Shown here: positions 1 to 11,559 of the stretch, piece after piece
Layout of the letters: each line of letters begins with the position of its first letter
Position numbering within the stretch: the stretch's first letter is position 1
Assembly (NCBI GenBank): GCA_964016885.1
Contig: OZ024743.1
Location: forward strand, 167,090,001 to 167,154,000
Direction of reading: 5' to 3'
DNA length: 64,000 nucleotides
From: Eledone cirrhosa
Taxonomy: Eukaryota
Notes under the pieces: generated by a model
Database searches by the model: none
What the model saw: the letters and a program-made list of their open reading frames with translations, nothing else
Told to the model about the DNA's origin: nothing
Made by a program: the position numbers and the translations under genes

Positions 1-270
1 TATCAATATAAATATACCCATCATTTTAATTAATTTTATATCCTTTTCATAGATGTATTTTTTTCACTAACATCCTTATCTTAATACTCTGGTCACCTTA
101 GATATTTGTATTGGCACTACTATTTTATAACAGTAACTGCTTGTATACCTTCTACTGACCACCTGACCTAGTTTCACCCCTAAAATAAGTTTCAATTACT
201 ACTATTTTACCATTTGGCCAATTATTAACTTTCTATTGGTTAATTCTAAACCTCTTAGACAGAATATATT

Positions 271-448
271 TGATCTTTGTTGGTTTTATTCAATGAACAA
301 ATAAAATTATTTCTGAGGTCAACATATGACCTACTTCTTCCCTAAAGTAATCCATTATTATATTGGATCTTTGTTTGGTTTTATTCAATGAATAAATAAA
401 ATTATTTCTGAGGTCAACATATGACCTACTTCTTCCCTAAAGTAATCC
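271..448. repeat. Tandem duplication, about 94-bp period
   Basis: gatctttgt...aaataaaattatttctgaggtcaacatatgacctacttcttccctaaagtaatcc occurs twice, with a degenerate third partial copy near 600-643. Confidence 0.85.
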
Positions 449-647
449 TTCATTCATAATACTCTTTTCCATCCAAAACTGAAATCTACCTTCCTCTACC
501 CATAATTTTAAGGTTCTACTAATTCTATATCACTATCTTGACCCTCACTATCTCCTGATTGGTCAATTCAAAACCTGTTTCCAAACAGACCTATTGTATT
601 GAATCTTTGTTCTTATCAATAAACAAGTATCATTATTTCTGAAGACA

Positions 648-831
648 AGGGGTGGATTGGCAGTATCGGTAGAGTGTCGGACGCCATGCTTTCCAGCATA
701 GTTACGTCCCTTTACGATCTGAGTTCAAATCCCGCCGAGGTTGACTTTGCCTTTCATCCTTACGGGGTCGATAACATAAAGTACCAGTAATGCACTGGGT
801 AATTGCTGGCCTTGTGCCTAAAGTAGAAACA
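648..831 (+). mobile_element. tRNA-derived SINE, family 1
   Basis: A box TGGCAGTATCGG, B box GAGTTCAAATCC, core gactttgcctttcatccttacggggtcgataa. TSD attatttctgaa(g/a)aca at 632-647 and 832-847. Confidence 0.9.
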
Positions 832-1025
832 ATTATTTCTGAAAACAGCATATATATGTGTAGGTATGTATATTCCCTCTGATAGTTTGTATAAATATTG
901 TACATAGATCTATAGAATATGCATACCAACTCTAACACATATATATCCTAGAAACGATCGTAAAATAATGAAATTTTTTTTAATATAAGGAACTGTTTCT
1001 TTGTTTATTCATTATTTTTTTAATA

Positions 1026-1081
<56 letters not shown>

Positions 1082-1128
1082 GTGTATATATATATAGATT
1101 TGTGTGTATATATATATATAGAGAGAGA

Positions 1129-3870
1129 TTACATGAAACAAAGTTCTGTTTAAATCATTACAATCGTTACAATTCTTTCTTCCAAACCGAGGTTTGGAGT
1201 CTTCGGAGCAATTATTCAGTGATTTTTAACATACTTGACCTCCTTTTCAACCCAAGAGACATAGAAACATATGTATATATTGACCCACAGTGGGTTGACA
1301 TCCATTATAATAATATAGCATGGTAATTTACATACAAAGATTACAGTCATATTAAAGGACAAAATTAAAATTAAAATAAAACATTGGCAGTCTACTAAGA
1401 TAAAGCAAAAGGAAAGTTTGGAGCAGCCAGTGTATGCAACAGTCACACGTGTGGCATGCACGCGTGTCCTATTTATACAAGATTATAGTGCGGCAGATTG
1501 TTACAAGTAAAACAAGCAGTCAAAGCAGGCAATCAAGAGCATCATGGGGGTGAACTGGTTAAGCATTATTTACACACACCTGTATGATATAGAAGCCCGT
1601 GTGTGGAGAAACACCAAAAATATCAAAAATATTACAAATGAGAAGCAATGAGAAGCAACTAACCCTAATATCAATAGAAATAATAGTGGGAACGTCAACC
1701 CACATAACCATAACCCTATAGCTACCATCCTGACTTCTACACAACATAATAACCGGCAGACTAACACCCAGAATAATTGTAACTGTAGATCAAATAGAAC
1801 CTGCCCTTTAGATAAAAAATGCTTAACCAAAGATATCATATACTCATGCACAGTCACAACTAGCAACTCTTCTGAAACCTATATAGGCTCTACTTCAAAC
1901 TGCTTCAAAACCAGATACAATTCGCACCTCCACTCTTTCAAAAAACACAGTCTAGCCAACTCCGCTTCTCTATCTAGCTACATACACTATCTAAAAACTA
2001 AAAATAAACCATATAGTCATCGTACAAACCACCTAATAAATTTTGTAACCTCTGTCTACTAGAGACCCATACTATCATCTGCTCAAACCATAACCTCCTT
2101 AATAAAAAATCAGAAGTGTTCGCGTCTTGCCAACACCGCTTCCGACACTCCTTCCAAAACTTTAAACCCAATATATAACAATGTCAGACTTGAACCCGTC
2201 ACCACCTCTAGCAGCAATCATCAGGGGCACACCTTACACCTCATCTCCACACCCATTAATCTTTTTAACGCAAATAGTGACATCCTCCTAGTACCTTTTA
2301 CCTTGGAGATATCCCCATGTACTTCTACTTTTGGTATATTGGCCTTCAATTGCTTAGACTACATTACACCAATGTAAACTTTAAGCACGGAATTGGTTGT
2401 ACTAACATTGTCCTGTGTATGTAGTGCCATCATTGGATAAATGGAAGATTAAGTAATTAATTTATTAACATAAAAGAGCTATATAATCTATATGCTGAGT
2501 GCAATGAATTATGTACAGGTGATGTATGAGTTATAAGTACATGTATGACTTGATGGTCAGATCAGTGTCTTTGTAAGTGAGAATTGATCTCTGGACTACC
2601 CTAGTGATATTTAACTTTGCCATGCAATCAGTCATGCAATGACCCAGAACTTACCAGGAGTCATATATAGAAGTGATTCTAATAAGACCCTGCCAGGTCC
2701 TGCGGGTGGACTACACTTACAAAGATCATTGATTTGGAGATCTGACTCTTCATGTGGAATGTTCGGTGGGGGCACTCTATGATAAAAGGTATTCATCCTA
2801 ATATGAACACCTTTAGTACTTCTCGATAGACTACACTGTAATTTATAGATAAGATACTTAAATTTAGAAATTGTTTATAACCTTATATGATGGGAACACA
2901 TTTGAGACACCATTAATTTACTTTAGGATAATAAATTTAACTATAGAAATCAGCTAGTTACCTCCCCTTACGCATTAACTCCCCTTAATCACACACACAC
3001 TTCCGGAATATAATACGATGTCATCTCTCACAACAAAAACAACCTGATCTATGAATCGAATTAAAGAACGACAAGCTGTGATGTTCTAGCATGGTTCACC
3101 AGGCACCCAATGTTGAATCATCGTGGATTGTGAGATGGGCATGTAGTCTATAAATTGCGTTTATAGGATTGTGAGAGTGGTGGTGTGTACGAGGACAGTG
3201 GTGCTCTTTTGCTTCTCATTTGTAATATTTTTGATATTTTTGGTGTTTCTCCACACACGGGCTTCTATATCATACAGGTGTGTGTAAATAATGCTTAACC
3301 ATTTCACCCCCATGATGCTCTTGATTGCCTGCTTTGACTGCTTGTTTTACTTGTAACAATCTGCCGCACTATAATCTTGTATAAATAGGACACGCGTGCA
3401 TGCCACACGTGTGAATGTTGCATACACTGACTACTCCAAACTTTCCTTTTGCTTTATCTTAGTAGACTGCCAATGTTTTATTTTAATTTTAATTTTGTCC
3501 TTTAATATGACTGTAATCTTTGTATGTAAATTACCATGCTATATTATTATAATGGATGTCAACCCACTGTGGGTCAATATATACATATGTTTCTATATGT
3601 CTCTTGGGTTGAAAAGGTGGTCAAGTATGTTAAAAATCATTGAATAATTGCTCCGAAGACTCCAAACCTCGGTTTGGAAGAAACAATTGTAAGCAGATAA
3701 ATGATTTAAACAGAACTTTGTTTCATGTAATTTCTCTATAACTGCTCTGTAAAACAACGGATGTTGTTACATTGAGCTATTTATCTTACTGGTAATAAGA
3801 TAGTAATAAATTACTGTCTTTCACTATTTAGGGTATAATATATATATAACTATAAAAGGTTTTAGTATAT
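1129..3870 (+). mobile_element. 5'-truncated Penelope-like element (Naiad-type GIY-YIG) with inverted pseudo-LTR
   Basis: About 1772-2165 translates NNCNCRSNRTCPLDKKCLTKDIIYSCTV...ETYIGSTSNCFKTRYNSHLHSF. Segment 1129-1650 is the reverse complement of 3207-3731. Hammerhead motif near the 3' end. Confidence 0.85.
3646..3697 (+). ncRNA. Minimal type-I hammerhead ribozyme-like motif in PLE pseudo-LTR
   Basis: ttgct CCGAAGA c tccaaacc tc ggtttgga a GAAAC aatt GTA agca: stem I tgct/agca, 8-bp stem II, palindromic stem III, GUA cleavage triplet. Core has C in place of the canonical U4. Confidence 0.7.
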
Positions 3871-3921
3871 ACATAACCATAAATAGTATCCTTAATACTA
3901 TATATATATATATGTGTGTAT

Positions 3922-4650
3922 ATCATCATCATCATCATCATCATCATCATCGTTTAACGTCCATGTTCCACGCTTGCATGGGTTTGGACGGGAGTTTTCC
4001 CACTTGAGGCAAGAGTGGTTGTCTTGCTCGCATAGGACTGTCTGGCGGGTTTTCTACAGTTGGATGCCCTTCCTAACACCAACCACATTTACAGTGTGGG
4101 GCTGGGAGGTTTTTACCGTGTTGCCTACACGGCCACATTACAGCGTGGACTGTCTGGCGGGTTTTCTACAGCTGGATGCCCTTCCTAACACCAACCACAT
4201 TTACAGTGTGGGGCTGGGAGGTTTTTACCGTGTTGCCTACACGGCCACATTTACAGCGTGGACTGTGTGTTTTTTTTTGTCGTGACACCTACACGATCTC
4301 ATTTGTTTCGGCCTGGATTTTGTGGCACCAACATAACTTTACATTGAAAGGGGCGGTGTGGATGGGGTGGGGGTGGTGGGACGGGGGTGTATTTTGTTAG
4401 AGATGCCTACTGGCTATAGTAGGTTTTACTTTGTATTTAGGTAAGGCGGGTCTTCTCTATTACTGAGTACCGCCAAAGGTCTCGGTCCAGTGACATTGTC
4501 TTGGAGAGGTGTAAGTGTGTGAGGTCGGAATTTATCAGCTCGTCCCAGGTTTTTCTGGGTCTGCCTACTCCGTGGCTACCGTCTATCTTTATTGCCCTGC
4601 ACTTTGCTATACAGCTGTCGTCTTTCATGCGCATCACGTGACCATACCAA
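3922..4650 (-). mobile_element. RTE LINE 3' fragment (subfamily A)
   Basis: WYGHVMRMKDDSC...GRPRKTWDEL...EKTRLT*, 3'UTR and (GAT)n tail. Near-identical to 44820-45428. Confidence 0.95.
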
Positions 4651-4760
4651 TGTATATATATATAGATTTGTGTGTATATATATATATATATATATTTGTT
4701 TGTATATATATATATATAGAGAGAGAGATTTGCGTGTATATATATATATATATTTGTGTG

Positions 4761-4792
<32 letters not shown>

Positions 4793-4800
4793 TTTGCGTG

Positions 4801-4831
<31 letters not shown>

Positions 4832-4890
4832 GTGTATATATATAGAGAGAGAGATTTGTGTGAATATACATATATATATATATATACAAT
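4651..4890. repeat. Compound (TA)n/(GA)n/TTTGTG microsatellite
   Basis: Direct reading. Confidence 0.95.
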
Positions 4891-5494
4891 ATAATTAGAA
4901 ACACACAGATACATGCGGACACACACACATATATACATGAATGCATCCGCACCCAACTGTGAGTTAAGGGTGCCAACTTCACCGATGTTGCTCAATGAAT
5001 GACTGGGACAGACCAATTCAGTTGAACTAGACTGAACCAGTATCAGAGTTAAAAATACATTATGAAGAGAGAAGAAACATTTAGATATAATTAGTAATAA
5101 AATGTATCATACCTAAACTGCTCCTAAATTCCTCGACTAGGTAGTTTCGTGGCATAAACAAAAACAATATATCTTGAAGATATAGAGTCCTTGCGAGGTC
5201 TGCCGACTTATCAAGAGGATACCTCATTTTACTAGTCTCAAGAACGCGTCTACACGACGTGAGAAAGAATCCCAAAAGGCGGAGGGGGAGATAGTCACGC
5301 GATATAACGGTCGAGAAACAGAGCTAAGCCTCTTATAACCCCGAAGAAAATACCACGGAGGCGGAGGGGGTATTTATATCGAGGCCGTAGAAGAGGTGGG
5401 GAAGAAGGCAAGAAGTATGAGTAATGGAAGCCTTCCAGCTGTCCCCAAAATATATATATATATAATTTGTGTGTGTGTATATATATATATATAT

Positions 5495-5837
5495 ATAGGA
5501 ACAAGTACGACGCCGACGGCAGAGCTCAAGCCGTTTCAACGGCTATTTCTGGACTAAATAAAATCTTATTTAGTCCAGAATTAGCCGTCGAAACAGCTTG
5601 AGCTCTGCCGTCGGCGTCGTACTTGTTCCTATTACTCACTCTACTACCCTAAGTATTGAGTACTTTGATGCATTATGGTCCATCTGGTTCCTTACCACAA
5701 TTCCTTTGTTATATATATATATATAATATATATTTATTTGTGTATATATATAATATATATTTATTTGTGTATATATATATATATATTTGTGTATATATAT
5801 ATATATATATTTGTGTATATATATATATTTGTGTGTG

Positions 5838-5890
<53 letters not shown>

Positions 5891-6007
5891 CAAAGGAAAT
5901 GTGGTAAGGAACCAGGTGGACCATAACGCACCAAAGTACTCAATACTTAGGGTAGTAGAGTGGGTAATAGGAACGAGTAGGACCCCGACGGCTGAGCTCA
6001 AGCCGTT
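5495..6007. mobile_element. Cluster of three Helitron-like 3'-end copies in +/-/+ orientation
   Basis: Homologous to 12378-12518. Terminal hairpin AGCCGT-ttca-ACGGCT lies about 8 nt before CTAA/CTAG. Confidence 0.65.
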
Positions 6008-6009
<2 letters not shown>

Positions 6010-6072
<63 letters not shown>

Positions 6073-6217
6073 TTGTGTATATATATATTTGTGTGTATAT
6101 ATATATATATATTTGTGTGTATATATATATATATATATATTTGTGTGTATATATATATATATATTTGTGTGTATATATATATATATTTGTGTGTGTATAT
6201 ATATATATATATTTGTG

Positions 6218-6254
<37 letters not shown>

Positions 6255-6255
6255 G

Positions 6256-6292
<37 letters not shown>

Positions 6293-6436
6293 GTGTGTAT
6301 ATATATATATATATTTGTGTGTGTGTATATATATATATATTTGTGTGTGTATATATATATATATATTTGTGTGTGTATATATATATATATATTTGTGTGT
6401 ATATATATATATATATTTGTGTCTATATATATATAT

Positions 6437-6495
<59 letters not shown>

Positions 6496-6575
6496 GTGTG
6501 TATATATATATATATATATTTGTGTGTATATATATATATTTGTGTGTATATATATATTTATATTTGTATATATAT
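6010..6575. repeat. Compound (TA)n-TTTGTGTG satellite
   Basis: Direct reading. Source of the spurious YIYI ORFs. Confidence 0.95.
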
Positions 6576-6757
6576 TGTTATACTTGGGGAAGGTCATATT
6601 TTTGTAATAATATTGCCAGAAATAATAACAGAACACACTCACTGTTTGGTTGGTTTTCGCTTCCGCATCTTTTATATCTCCATATTTAATTTATTTGGCA
6701 ATCAATGTTTATCATTGACTGACCAGCGGTTAAAAATGCAGTTATAAATATATATAT

Positions 6758-6812
6758 ATAGTCTAACAAATTTCTTTCGTTGCACATCTGCAACATCATC
6801 AGTGGTACTATT
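6758..6812 (-). ncRNA. Hammerhead-like core (degenerate)
   Basis: Reverse complement reads atagtacca CTGATGA t gttgca gatg tgcaac GAAA gaaatttgttagactat. Canonical core and 6-bp stem II, imperfect stems I and III. Confidence 0.55.
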
Positions 6813-6851
6813 ATCATGTTTCCTCCTATTGTGTTGTATTGTAGTGTTTAT

Positions 6852-6882
<31 letters not shown>

Positions 6883-7016
6883 CTCGTCTTTGCCTTTGCA
6901 TGTGTGTATAATGTTGGTGTATGTGTTTTGGTTTTTGTATTCTATCTTTGTTTATTCATGTGTGTTTATATGTGTTTTGGTTTTTGTACTTGTGTATATA
7001 TTTATTTATTTATATA

Positions 7017-7422
7017 TACACCTCTCAAAAGCGATGACACACGACCGTGACCTCTGGCGTCGCGCAGTAATACAGAGTACCCGACCTCCCATGGGTACAA
7101 GCTGAAGCATATAGACAATATGGCCCCACACCCTCCCACTGCGAAGTGGTCGTGGAGGTGCCACGGCAATAAAGCACCCAGCCCACACTGTAAAGTGGAT
7201 GTGTAGGCACCACGGAAAAAAGCACCCAGCACTCACTGTAAATGAGGTTGTTGTTAGGAAGGGCATCCAGCTTTAGAATTCTATCCAAAATCAGTTCCTG
7301 TATGAGCAGCAAGGTATGGTCAGCCGACCAGATACTGCCCACAACAGGACAACCCGTCTAACCCATGCTAGCATGGAAGAACGGACGTAAAACGGTGATG
7401 GTGATGATGATAATGATGATGA
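7017..7422 (+). mobile_element. RTE LINE 3' fragment (subfamily C) inserted in the PLE
   Basis: HLSKAMTHDRDLWRRAVIQSTRPPMGTS*, 3'UTR matching 23596-23850, (GAT)n tail. Confidence 0.9.
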
Positions 7423-9359
7423 TTTCTCTTAAGTCAGTATTGTTTGTTTGGGTGTTGTTATTATTCATTTTTTTCTGTTTAGTCTTGGCCTTCTAAGCTC
7501 TATTTCGCTCGCTTCTCTGACTTGCCTACCTGTTGGGTTATTTCTATGTTTAGATATTTTAATTTCTATGTTGTCTATGTTACCGTCATGTTTTTTGTCT
7601 GGCGTGTTCGTATAGTACTGAACGTTTTTTTTTGTCCTTTTGATTCCCCCCAGTGTTGGTCTATTCTTTCTCCTATGCTTCGAGCTGTCTCACCTATGTA
7701 TGTTGTTGTCATGTTTCTGCAAGTACCCTCTGTACATCTTATGCTATAGACTACATTTCTAGTCTTACAGTTTATCTGGGGGTTCACTTTACATATCTCA
7801 CATTTCTTATTAGTACAGTGGGTTTTCTTAAAGGGGTATATTTTGCTGATCAGGGTTTTATGGTAATTCCTGGCTTTTCTACCACTTTAATCTTTAAGTG
7901 GGTCTTTCTTAGGGCCTTTCTACATTGGTTAGCTAATTTCCCCCCAGGGGTAGCATCTAGGAACATGACACTCTGGTATCTCTGGTTGTCATACCATGAA
8001 GTGGCTTTCCCTATCTTATGTTTAGTCTTATCGAAGCTATTCCATAATTTGTTCTTGTATAATGGGCAAATTCCTTTTGTGTCCATTTCTTTGAGGGTCT
8101 TATACTACTCTGTGGCTCCTTTGTATACTCTGATTCTGTCTCTTTGGTTGTAGCCAGAGAACTGCATGCGGTTGATGAAGTGTTGGATGTGTCTTTCCAT
8201 TTCTGTTGGGTCGCACATGCAGGACATGTTCTTCATCGCTCATATCAAGTCTGCAATCAGAATATTAAACTTAGCACTACTGGACATTGGTGAGTTTTTG
8301 AGTATCAGGTATTTGGAGGCCATGGGTTTGGCATAGTGTGAGTGGAGAATTTGGGCCCTCTCGTCTATAGTGTTAATCCAGAGTTCCCTGTCTAATACAG
8401 GTAGTCTATTGTTAGGGTGTTTGAAATGGTAGTCAACAGTTACAGTTATACTCTGGTGTATGGAGTTAGCTATATCCTAAATCATGTTCGTTAGTACTGT
8501 CTTGTGGGAGTGTTCTTATTACTATATTAATATCGTCTACGTAACGAGAGTGCATGATGAGGTCTATCTATAATAGTACCACAGATGTGCAATGAAAGAA
8601 CTTTGTTAGACTATATATATATATTTATATACTAGTTTTTAACCGTTGGTCAGTCAATGATAAACATTGATTTCCAAATAAATTAAATATAGAGATATAA
8701 ATGATGCAGAAGCGAAAACCAACCAAACAGTGAGTGTGTTCTGTTATTATTTCTGGCAATATTATTACAACAATATAACCCTTCCCAAGTATAACAATAT
8801 TTGTTTCGACACACGATTTCATATCAAAAACCTCGCAAAGCAAATTCATTGCCATCATGGCATTAGCTTGTGCCAAGCTGAAAGGTTATTGAAAGACACT
8901 GTTTTCTGTTATATAAACACTACGAACAAATTCGCTTCTTAAAACACTGTGTTTCCTTCAAAATATACACGACAAACATCTTAAAACAAGTAAATAATTT
9001 ATTATTAAACAAAACACTAGCAGAACGCCTAAAACACATGTTAACAGTCAATATGAAAAGAATAAGATATAAGAAAATTAACGAACTTTACAAACAGAAA
9101 TGCGTTAATATTAAGGAAATTCAAAATCTCACCACACCAAACGAGATAAATAAACTCATGATCATCATTCGACATGAAACAAAATATGCTCAAAACGAAT
9201 GCAATAAACATTTCAATAAGAAATTAAGATGGATGAAGGAGAAAAAACAAGAAGAAAAGAGAAAAGAAAGCTTATAAAAATACCCTGATAAAATCGATAA
9301 TATCTGTATGACAGATGTCGCATTACCTACAGACTTTTACCAAAGACCAGACACTAAAT

Positions 9360-11152
9360 ATTTATGGTAACACTTTAACCAGTGAACAGGAACAACAGAT
9401 TCAAATATCATAAGTCTAAATAATATAATATATGCAGCAGCCACTGTTGTAAAAGAAAGTGGAAACCCTCTTAGAGCTATAGAAGCCAGAAAAACAAAAT
9501 CCACACAAACACGGATTCAAAGATACCAAAAAAGATAGAAAATAAAAGAAAAGACCTCTCAATCTTAAATGGAATCAGAAAAAAACAACAAAATTAAGAA
9601 CAGGGAAAAAATAAAAACTCTAAAAAATATAACGTAACAGAAAGGGAAATAAATCCCAAACACAAAGCAAAGCCTAAAACAACAAATACTGGCAAAGGCA
9701 CAAAGAATCCAGAGATATGAAAAACGCTAAAGGATTTTTCAACAAAATCAGCTGTTTCATTCCAACCCAAAACGACTCTACCAGGAACTTGATAGAAACA
9801 AGATAGAAGTTATTGTAGCCCCAAAATTAAAAAAGTGGAAAGTTCTGGAGAAGAATATGGGCAGAAAGGGAAAATAAATTACCATACACAAAGATAGCAA
9901 GAACTGCAAACACTATGGGAGGATATTACAGCAGATGATGTGTCTATCACACTGAGAGGGGTACCAGGACATGACAAGATCACCAACTTCTGGTTAAAAT
10001 ATTTAGCAGAGACACATGATATGGTGGCAAAGAATTTTAATGAAATTTTGATAGAACCAGAAAAAACCTGACTGGCTCACTAAAGGGGAAACAGCCCTGA
10101 CCCTCTAAAATAATGACACAGCAAAACCTCAAAACTACAGACCCATAACAAGCTTGCCTACTACATACAAAACCTTAACTTCAATAATGAAAATAATCAA
10201 ACACTTGGAAAAAACAACTTGCTCCCAAAAGAACAGAAAAGATGCCACAGAGGCTCATATGGATGCAAAAACCAGTTATTAATAAATAAAGCCATAACTG
10301 AAAACTACAACACAAAAAAAAAACCTCAGCAGGGCTTGGATTAATTACCAAAAAGCGTTTGATAGTGTACCCCATACATGGATACTCAACACACTAGCCA
10401 TGCATAAAATATCAGCAAAAATAACAACATTTATTAGACATGCCATGAGTAAATGACAAACAATTCTACTGATACAAACAGATAAAACAATAAAAACAGA
10501 GCCTATCCCAATCAAGAGAGGAATATTCCAAGGAGACTCTCTATCACCACTGCTTTTCACATTAACACCACTATCTGCAATAGTCTCTGGATGCCCAGCT
10601 CTAGCCAAAAAAGAATATATCCACAGGCATGAGTGTTGGGACCTTCATACACTGGAAATTATGCCAGCATTATGAAATACCAACAGAAAAAAGATGGTAC
10701 ACACACACCAGAAAAAGTGTCAGAGAATGACAAAGCAACCATTCTTTTAGATATGGAGATCAAAGCTAACTGACCAGATATTATAGTCAAAGACCTCAAA
10801 GAAAAGAATGCCTTCTAATAGATGTATCAATCCCCATAGATGACAATATATCTTCCAAGGAAATAGAGAAGCTCTCCAAATATAAAGATCTAGAGATAGA
10901 AATAATTCAAATGTAGAAAATGAAAACCGAAACAATACCTATAATGATAAAAAAAAAAGTCAAATACATAGCCAGAACCCCAGGACTTACAAATATATAC
11001 AGCATACAAAGGATAGCACTACTAGGCACTGCACACATATGAAAAGTACTATCAATACAATAGAAACAACATCAGCAAAAACTACACTGTTCATACCCAA
11101 GGTGCACAGAGCTGTGCTTGGTAAACCAGTAATGGTGTGCAATAAAAATAAT
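9360..11152 (+). mobile_element. R4/Dong-clade non-LTR retrotransposon, degraded and internally deleted
   Basis: PGHDKITNFWLK, NYRPITSLPTTYK, KAFDSVPHTW, RGIFQGDSLSPLLF, joined directly (about 10577) to IVSGCPALAKKEYIHRH, followed by the RLE motif PDII...LIDVSIP. Ends in a TAA-rich tail. Confidence 0.8.
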
Positions 11153-11341
11153 TATTTCTACTTTAGGCAGAAGGCCAGCAATTACCCAGTGCATTACTGG
11201 TACTTTATTTTATCGACCCCGTAAGGATGAAAGGCAAAGTCAACCTCGGCGGGATTTGAACTCAGATCGTAAAGGGACGTAACTATGCTGGAAAGCATGG
11301 CGTCCGACCCTCTACCGATACTGCCAATCCACCGCCCTCCT
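11153..11341 (-). mobile_element. tRNA-derived SINE, family 1
   Basis: Reverse complement of 648-831. 18-bp TSD gtgtgcaataaaaataat at 11135-11152 and 11342-11359. Confidence 0.92.
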
Positions 11342-11559
11342 GTGTGCAATAAAAATAATAATGGAAATAATGATAATAATTATAAAGAAATTGTGAAAAT
11401 GAAGGGTTTACTGAGGAAAAGGAAACTACAGCACAGGACAAGGGTGAAGAGATTTCTAGAAACCCACAGAAACTTGGTAGATTGTCTGTTTGGGTCAAAC
11501 AGACAATCTACCAAGAAAAATGTAGATGGTATGGGAGACAATGAAATTAATGAAAACAT

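Larger units (their letters stand above)
6575..8800 (-). mobile_element. Penelope-like element relic with inverted pseudo-LTR
   Basis: Minus strand gives RYVDD (about 8533-8547), LPVLD...HYAKPMAS, and GIY-YIG CKTRNVVYSIRC...TYIGETARSIGERIDQH (7575-7787). 6575-6812 and 8570-8800 are inverted repeats. Confidence 0.85.

Noticed and set aside
648-740. tRNA genes at A/B-box sequences
   Set aside because: No full cloverleaf. They continue into SINE cores and have TSDs.
945-970. GAAACgatcGTA resembling the 3' half of a hammerhead
   Set aside because: No CUGANGA core or stem II found upstream.
1772-2165. Selenocysteine (in-frame TGA) in the Naiad-type endonuclease
   Set aside because: All visible Cys positions are TGT/TGC in both copies. 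The one TGA seen in the second copy falls at a probable Trp position.
4437-6747. Many long YIYI/VCVY ORFs, also at 60021-60449 and 63680-63997
   Set aside because: They are translations of (TA)n and (TG)n microsatellites.
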